Shown here: positions 57,637-64,000 of the stretch, piece by piece
Position numbering within the stretch: the stretch's first letter is position 1
How the letters are laid out: every line of letters starts with the position of its first letter
Origin: Vicinamibacterales bacterium
GTDB taxonomy: Bacteria > Acidobacteriota > Vicinamibacteria > Vicinamibacterales > CAVVIG01
Assembly: GCA_050183995.1 (NCBI GenBank)
Contig: JBFXAT010000021.1
Coordinates: 26 to 64,025, forward strand
Reading direction: 5' to 3'
DNA: 64,000 bases
The notes under the pieces: generated by a model
What the model saw: only the letters and a program-made list of their open reading frames with translations
Told to the model about the DNA's origin: nothing
Databases searched by the model: none
Translations under genes and position numbers: made by a program

Positions 57637-59283
57637 TTGAAAGTCGCGCTGCTGCAGATCAATCCGACCGTCGGCGATCTCGAGGGGAACGCGCGCCTCA
57701 TCGCCGAGGCGGCGGCGCGCGCGAAGACGGCCGGTGCGCAGCTGGCGGTCACGCCTGAGCTCGCGCTCGTGGGGTACCTGCCGCGCGACCTGCTGCTCGG
57801 CGGAGGATTCGTCGCCGCCAGCTGGCGGCGCCTCGAGCAGCTGGCGCGCGACCTGGCGGACGGACCGCCGACGATCGTGGGGCTTCCCGAGCCCAACCCG
57901 TCGGACGAAGGGCGTCCGCTCTTCAACAGCGCGGCCTTGTTGCGCGACGGGCGGATCGCGCAGCGCTTCCGCAAGTCGCTCCTGCCCACCTACGACGTCT
58001 TCGACGAGGATCGCTACTTCGAGCCGTTCCACGGCGCACAGGTCCTCGATCTGGACGGCGTGCGTCTCGGCATCAGCATCTGCGAGGACATCTGGAACGA
58101 CCGCGACTTCTGGAAGCGCCGGCGCTACCACCACGATCCGGTCGAGGAGCTGGTGCGCGCGGGCGCGCGGGCCATCGTGAACCTCTCGGCATCGCCCTTC
58201 ACCGTGGGTAAACACCAGCGGCGCGAGGAGATGCTGAGCGCAATGGCCCGGAAGTACGGCGTCCCGCTCGTGTACGTGAACCAGTGGGGCGGGAACGACG
58301 ACCTCGTGTTCGACGGCCGCAGCTGCGGCTTCGACGCGGCCGGCGCGCCGGTGGGCCGCGGCCGCTCGTTCGACGCCGACGTCGTCGTGTGCGAGATCCC
58401 GGACGGCACCCGCATCGGGCCGGCGTCCGACCTCGGCGCCGAATCGGAGATCTGGCACGCGCTCGTCCTCGGGACGCGGGACTACGCGCGCAAGTGCGGG
58501 TTCCGGCGCGTCGTGCTGGGACTGTCTGGCGGCATCGACTCGGCGCTGACCGCGGCGATCGCCGCCGAGGCGGTGGGACGCGAGAACGTGCTCGGCGTGC
58601 TGATGCCGTCGCCCTTCTCGAGCCGCGGAAGCATCGACGACTCCCTGGCGCTCGCCGGCAACCTGGGCATCGCGACGATGACACTGCCGATCGAGACGGC
58701 GATGCGGGCGATGGAGGGGACTCTCGCAGAGGCATTCGCCGGCACGGCGCGCGGCGTCGCCGAGGAGAACATCCAGGCGCGTATCCGCGGCAACCTGCTC
58801 ATGGCGCTCTCGAACAAGCGCGGCGCGCTGCTGCTGACCACGGGCAACAAGTCGGAGCTCGCCGTGGGGTACTGCACGCTCTACGGCGACATGTCGGGCG
58901 GGCTCGGCGTCATCGCGGACGTCCCGAAGACCATGGTCTACCGCGTCGCGCGTTGGCTGAACGAGCGCGGCCCGCGTCCGATCATCCCTGAGGCGATCCT
59001 GACCAAGGCACCCTCGGCCGAGCTCCGCCCGAACCAGACCGATCAGGACTCGCTGCCGCCGTACGAGGTGCTCGACGAGATCCTGCAGCGGTATATCGAA
59101 CGGCACGAACCGGAGGCGGCAATCGTCGAGGCCGGCTTCGACGCCGCGACAGTCGCGCGCGTGCTACAGCTGGTCCGGACGGCGGAGTTCAAGCGCAAGC
59201 AAGCCGCGCCGGGCCTGAAGGTGACCGACCGCGCGTTCGGAACAGGATGGCGAATGCCGATCGCCGCACGACTGACGGACTAA
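57637..59283 (+). CDS. nadE: Glutamine-dependent NAD+ synthetase
   Basis: N-terminal CN-hydrolase domain 'MKVALLQINPTVGDLEGN', 'ICEDIW'. Synthetase 'LGLSGGIDSAL', 'TGNKSELAVGYCTLYGDM'. Confidence 0.9.
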   Translation: MKVALLQINPTVGDLEGNARLIAEAAARAKTAGAQLAVTPELALVGYLPRDLLLGGGFVAASWRRLEQLARDLADGPPTIVGLPEPNPSDEGRPLFNSAALLRDGRIAQRFRKSLLPTYDVFDEDRYFEPFHGAQVLDLDGVRLGISICEDIWNDRDFWKRRRYHHDPVEELVRAGARAIVNLSASPFTVGKHQRREEMLSAMARKYGVPLVYVNQWGGNDDLVFDGRSCGFDAAGAPVGRGRSFDADVVVCEIPDGTRIGPASDLGAESEIWHALVLGTRDYARKCGFRRVVLGLSGGIDSALTAAIAAEAVGRENVLGVLMPSPFSSRGSIDDSLALAGNLGIATMTLPIETAMRAMEGTLAEAFAGTARGVAEENIQARIRGNLLMALSNKRGALLLTTGNKSELAVGYCTLYGDMSGGLGVIADVPKTMVYRVARWLNERGPRPIIPEAILTKAPSAELRPNQTDQDSLPPYEVLDEILQRYIERHEPEAAIVEAGFDAATVARVLQLVRTAEFKRKQAAPGLKVTDRAFGTGWRMPIAARLTD

Positions 59284-59376
59284 CTTCCCCCTTCCCACTT
59301 TTCCCTTCTCCCTTCTCCCTTTCTCTTTCCTCCTTCCTCTTTCCTTCCTCCGCCCTCATTCCCTTCTCCACCTCCT
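59284..59376. other. ~93-nt polypyrimidine (+) / polypurine (-) tract between convergent genes
   Basis: By my count only 4 purines (59297, 59352, 59358, 59370) fall in 59284-59376 on the + strand. It starts right after the nadE stop and runs over the last 6 sense codons plus the stop of the lpxL-like gene. Confidence 0.9.
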
Positions 59377-60228
59377 GTGCATCCACAACCACAGGTCGGG
59401 GCGACGCTGCACGTACGTCTCGAGCACGCTGGTGCACCGCTGGGTGATCGCGAGCACCGGGTCGGCAGCGTCCGGCGCGGGAAGCTCGATCGGGTGCTCG
59501 TAGACCATCCGATACCGGCCGACGCCGACGGGCAGCGCGAAGAGCGGCACGATCGGCGCGCCCGTGCGGAGGGCCAGTGCGGCCACCAGCGGCGTCGTGG
59601 CGGCGGACCTGCCGAAGAACTCGACCTCGATCGCGTCCCGGCTCTGGATGTGCTGGTCGATGAGAATGCCGACGCCCTGGCCCTGCTGGAGCACGCGAAG
59701 CGCGCGGCGCAGCGTCCCCTGCCTGTAGATGACGCTGTTGCCGGTGCGCGTGCGCACGTCTTCGAGCAGCCGGTGCAGGTACGGGTTATCGAGGGCCCGC
59801 GCCATGACGGCCATCGGCGGCAGGCGCCGGCCGTGCGCGAGCGCCTGAAGCTCCCAATAGCCGAAGTGGCCGGTGACGAACAGCACGCCGCGGCCCTGGG
59901 CGTAGGCGGCCCGCACGCGATCTTCACCTTCGAACTCCACCCGGGCGAGCATCTGGTCCGCCGTCATCGTGCCGAACTTGAGGAGCGCGAACAGCAGACG
60001 TCCGAAGTGTTCGAACGCCCCGCGGACGATGGCGCGTCGATCGGCGGGCGGCTTTGCTGGAAACGCCGCGGCGACGTTGCGCTCGGCCACGCGGCGGTGC
60101 GGGCGGTCGAAGAGGTAGAACGCCAGGCCGAGCGTCGTCCCGCATGCTTCGACCGCCCTGAACGGCAGAACGCGCACCAGTCCGACGACCGCGCGGACGG
60201 CCAGATACTCGACGCGGTGCCGGATCAC
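59356..60228 (-). CDS. LpxL/HtrB-family lipid A (Kdo2-lipid IVA) late acyltransferase
   Basis: 'VTGHFGYWE', 'ILIDQH', C-terminal 'PDLWLWMHRRW'. GTGA overlap with the lpxK stop. Confidence 0.75.
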   Translation of the reverse strand: MIRHRVEYLAVRAVVGLVRVLPFRAVEACGTTLGLAFYLFDRPHRRVAERNVAAAFPAKPPADRRAIVRGAFEHFGRLLFALLKFGTMTADQMLARVEFEGEDRVRAAYAQGRGVLFVTGHFGYWELQALAHGRRLPPMAVMARALDNPYLHRLLEDVRTRTGNSVIYRQGTLRRALRVLQQGQGVGILIDQHIQSRDAIEVEFFGRSAATTPLVAALALRTGAPIVPLFALPVGVGRYRMVYEHPIELPAPDAADPVLAITQRCTSVLETYVQRRPDLWLWMHRRWRRE

Positions 60229-61259
60229 TCGACCTCTCGGGCGCGCCGCACGCGCTCCATGAGCCAGTCGCCGAACGCCGCGGCCGGCTCGATCGTCGAG
60301 ACGAGCGGGACCACCGCGATCGGCGTCGCGGCGAGGTCGACCGGGATCGCCGACAGATCGAGCAGACCCAGCCGCACGGCATCCTTTTCAGTCGTGACCA
60401 CCGCCTCGGCTCCGCTGGCGCGCGCGGCCGACACCATCACCGCGACGTCGGACGGCCTGAAGGGGTGATGATCGCGGAACGTCCTCGTGCCGGTCAGCAT
60501 CCAGCCCGCCGCGCTCAGGTCCGCGAAGAACCGCTCCGGACGCGCGATACCGGCCACGGCGTAAACCGGGGCGTGTGGGTCGAGGTCCTCGCCGGTGAAG
60601 GTCCGCGGCGTGCCTATCCGCCGGGGCATGAAGAACGCGTCAGCGACACTCAGCCGCTCCGCGACGTCGGCGGCACGGGCAGCCGACGCCGCTCCACCGA
60701 CGACGATGATCGCGTCGGCCGCGGCGGCACTCGACAGCGGTTCCCGGAGACGGCCTGCGGGAAGCACGCGATCGGAGAGATCGCGCTCGTCCACCATCAG
60801 CAGGTCGACGTCTCTCGCCAGCTGCAGGTGCTGAAACCCATCGTCCAGCAGGTGCACCGTGACATCGAACTGCCGCTCCGCCACGAGCCCGGCCTCGTAC
60901 CGGTCGGGGCAGACCAGAACGGGCACACCGGGCAACAGCTGGGCGAGCAGCATCGGCTCGTCGCCGGAGCGGGACAGCTCCGCGAGAATCGCGGCGCCGT
61001 CCGACACGATCGTCACGTCCTTGCTCGGCTCGCGGCGGCCATAACCGCGGCTCAGGATCGACGGCCGCTCGCCGCGCTCGATCAGGCACCGGGCGATGAC
61101 CGCGACGGCGGGTGTCTTGCTCGTCCCGCCGACGCTGAGGTTGCCCACGCTGATGACGGGGCGTCTGAGCCGCCTACGCTTCGAGGGGCGGCGCCTGTAC
61201 CACCACCGCCGGCAGAAGGTGGCGGCACCATACACTGCGCTCAGCGCTCGCACGATCAC
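60225..61259 (-). CDS. lpxK: Tetraacyldisaccharide 4'-kinase
   Basis: In-frame GTG 61259 (GTGA overlap with the waaA stop). P-loop 'VISVGNLSVGGTSKTP', 'ILSRGYGR', 'LDDGFQH'. Confidence 0.85.
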   Translation of the reverse strand: MIVRALSAVYGAATFCRRWWYRRRPSKRRRLRRPVISVGNLSVGGTSKTPAVAVIARCLIERGERPSILSRGYGRREPSKDVTIVSDGAAILAELSRSGDEPMLLAQLLPGVPVLVCPDRYEAGLVAERQFDVTVHLLDDGFQHLQLARDVDLLMVDERDLSDRVLPAGRLREPLSSAAAADAIIVVGGAASAARAADVAERLSVADAFFMPRRIGTPRTFTGEDLDPHAPVYAVAGIARPERFFADLSAAGWMLTGTRTFRDHHPFRPSDVAVMVSAARASGAEAVVTTEKDAVRLGLLDLSAIPVDLAATPIAVVPLVSTIEPAAAFGDWLMERVRRAREVE

Positions 61260-62587
61260 TGGACCAGTTTGAAGGGACGGACGACGCCGCCGGCGCGCGT
61301 CGGGAGCAGCTCGGCCACCACGGCCATGGTCTTCTCCTTGGCGCCGCGATTCGCCTCGACCAGCGCGCGCGCGGCGGCGCCGAGGCTCGCGCGGCGAACG
61401 GGGTCGGTGACCAGCGCCCGCAGCACCTCTTCGAGCTCGCGCTCCGAGTGGACCTGCACGGCTGCCTGATTGGCGAGAAACGCGGCGGCGAGCTCCGCGA
61501 AGTTCTGCATGTGGGGACCGAAGACGATCGGCTTCCCGAACACCGCCGGTTCGAGCATGTTGTGGCCGCCGTAATCGGCCAGACTTCCGCCGACGAAGAC
61601 GACCGTCGCGAGCTGATAGACCTGCGCCAGCTCCCCGAAGGTGTCGAGCACGACCACGTCGACGCGCGGCTCGCTGTCGATCGGCAGGTTCGATCGGCGC
61701 GCAACGGTGAACCCCTCGTCGCGGGCGAGCCGCTCGACGTCGCCGAACCGCTCGCGCTGGCGGGGGGCGATCACCAGCAGCGCACCCGGCGAGATCGATC
61801 GGATCCGGGCGAACGCGCGCAGCACCGCCGAGTCCTCCGGTTTCATCGTGCTGCCGGCCACGACGACCGTGCGCGACGGGGCGACACGCAGATACCGGAG
61901 CACGAGCTCGCGCGGACGGCCGTGGGACACCGGCGTCGGCACACGGAGCGAATCGAACTTGAGGCTTCCGGTGACCGAGACGCGGGACGGATCGGCCCCC
62001 AAGTCCACGATGCGCTGCGCCGATTCCTCGCCCTGCATGCAGAAGCGATCGACGTCGGCGAGCACGCGGCGGAACAGCGGGCGGACGAGGCGATATCTCG
62101 GGTACGATCGCGCCGAGATGCGGCCGTTCACCACCAGCGACTTGACGCCACGCTCGCGGCACTCGCGCAGGAGATTGGGCCAGATCTCGGTCTCCATCAT
62201 CACGAACAGGCGGGGCTTCACGATGTTGAGCGTCCGCCGCACGATGAAGGTCCAGTCGAACGGAAAATAGAAGATCGCGTCGGCCTGCGGCAGGCTCTTC
62301 CTCGCCACCTGCTGCCCGGTCATGGTGGTAGTCGACAGATAGAGCCTCAGGCGAGGATACTGGGTGCGCAGCGCCTCGACGACCGGCTTGGCCGTGAGCA
62401 CTTCACCGACCGACACCGCGTGGAGCCAGATCGACTCCTCGCCGTCGACGTTGAGCGTGATCGGCAGGAAGCCGAGCCGCTGCCGGAGGTTGCCGACGTA
62501 CTTGCGGTGCCGCAACGCCTGATAGAGGAAATACGGCGAGACGATCGCGAAGACGATGAGCGAGAGAAGACTGTAGGCGAAATACAT
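61256..62587 (-). CDS. waaA: 3-deoxy-D-manno-octulosonic acid (Kdo) transferase
   Basis: 'IWLHAVSVGE', 'ETEIWPNLL', 'VFVGGSLADYGGHNMLEPA'. Confidence 0.9.
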   Translation of the reverse strand: MYFAYSLLSLIVFAIVSPYFLYQALRHRKYVGNLRQRLGFLPITLNVDGEESIWLHAVSVGEVLTAKPVVEALRTQYPRLRLYLSTTTMTGQQVARKSLPQADAIFYFPFDWTFIVRRTLNIVKPRLFVMMETEIWPNLLRECRERGVKSLVVNGRISARSYPRYRLVRPLFRRVLADVDRFCMQGEESAQRIVDLGADPSRVSVTGSLKFDSLRVPTPVSHGRPRELVLRYLRVAPSRTVVVAGSTMKPEDSAVLRAFARIRSISPGALLVIAPRQRERFGDVERLARDEGFTVARRSNLPIDSEPRVDVVVLDTFGELAQVYQLATVVFVGGSLADYGGHNMLEPAVFGKPIVFGPHMQNFAELAAAFLANQAAVQVHSERELEEVLRALVTDPVRRASLGAAARALVEANRGAKEKTMAVVAELLPTRAGGVVRPFKLVQ

Positions 62588-62618
62588 CGGGTAGGAGACG
62601 GTTCCAAGACCGTTCTAA

Positions 62619-63755
<1,137 letters not shown>

Positions 63756-63765
63756 GTCGACCTTC

Positions 63766-64000
63766 GTGGCCAAGCTCACCATTCGCGATCTGCCGCTCGA
63801 CGGGAAGCGCGTTTTCGTCCGCGTCGACTTCAACGTGCCGCTGAAGAACGGCGTCATCGGAGACGACACCCGCATTCGCGCCTCGCTGCCGACGATTCAG
63901 TACGCGCTGGACGCGGGCGCGACCGTGGTGCTCGCCAGCCATCTGGGACGGCCGAAGGGCGGGCCGAAGCCGGATCTCAGCCTGCGGCCGCTCGTCGACC
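63766..64000 (+). CDS. pgk: Phosphoglycerate kinase (5' partial, runs off the window)
   Basis: GTG 10 nt after the gap stop. Hand translation '[65 protein letters not shown]'. Not in the ORF track because there is no stop inside the window. Confidence 0.9.
   Translation, partial: MAKLTIRDLPLDGKRVFVRVDFNVPLKNGVIGDDTRIRASLPTIQYALDAGATVVLASHLGRPKGGPKPDLSLRPLVD

Noticed and set aside
59189-59437. 82-aa Glu/Lys/Gly-rich ORF on the minus strand across the purine tract
   Set aside because: It is simply the translation of the polypurine tract (GAA/AAG/GGA codons). It overlaps the ends of two real genes and is not credible as a protein.

Overview
High-GC chromosomal segment (by eye, two-thirds G+C or more) from a diderm bacterium. 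Taxonomy cannot be assigned from sequence alone. The window is almost fully coding and dominated by minus-strand operons whose genes are joined by GTGA/ATGA/TGATG stop-start overlaps. Left arm (1-15.6 kb): ClpP-like protease, an SDR, a secreted M18 aminopeptidase, an acyl-AMP ligase/carrier/PlsC-acyltransferase fusion, infA, a DEAD-box helicase, a Cys-rich small ORF, a BRCT-TPR protein, glucokinase, a 1201-aa multidomain flavoprotein, a DUF3108-like protein and thiS-thiG. Centre (15.6-45.1 kb): one ~30-kb co-directional surface-glycan locus. It holds a WecA-type initiator with an extra module, seven GT4 modules (two fused in one 834-aa protein), a GT2_4/GT92-like GT, two uncharacterised GT-B-like proteins, a pyruvyl transferase, a TupA-like ATP-grasp, an AsnB-like amidotransferase, a NeuB-SAF-cupin fusion, a sugar-nucleotide dehydrogenase, gmd, a DegT aminotransferase, an RfbD-like reductase, an embedded dicarboxylate/amino-acid symporter and an LhgO-like flavoenzyme. 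Right arm: smpB-pdxA-PSP1-holB-PBP1A, two orphan ORFs, tRNA-Val/tRNA-Asp, then LPS inner-core and lipid A genes (ICMT-like methyltransferase, two GT9 heptosyltransferases, split hldE, gmhB, lpxL-like, lpxK, waaA), a GT2, nadE, gap and the 5' end of pgk. I saw no CRISPR array, transposase, integrase, phage or recognisable defence genes. The best candidates for something new are the glycan locus (no recognisable exporter, unusual fusions, a transporter translationally coupled inside a sugar-nucleotide operon) and a ~93-nt almost pure polypyrimidine/polypurine tract between convergent nadE and lpxL-like genes. All family assignments come from motif recognition by eye and need HMM or BLAST confirmation.
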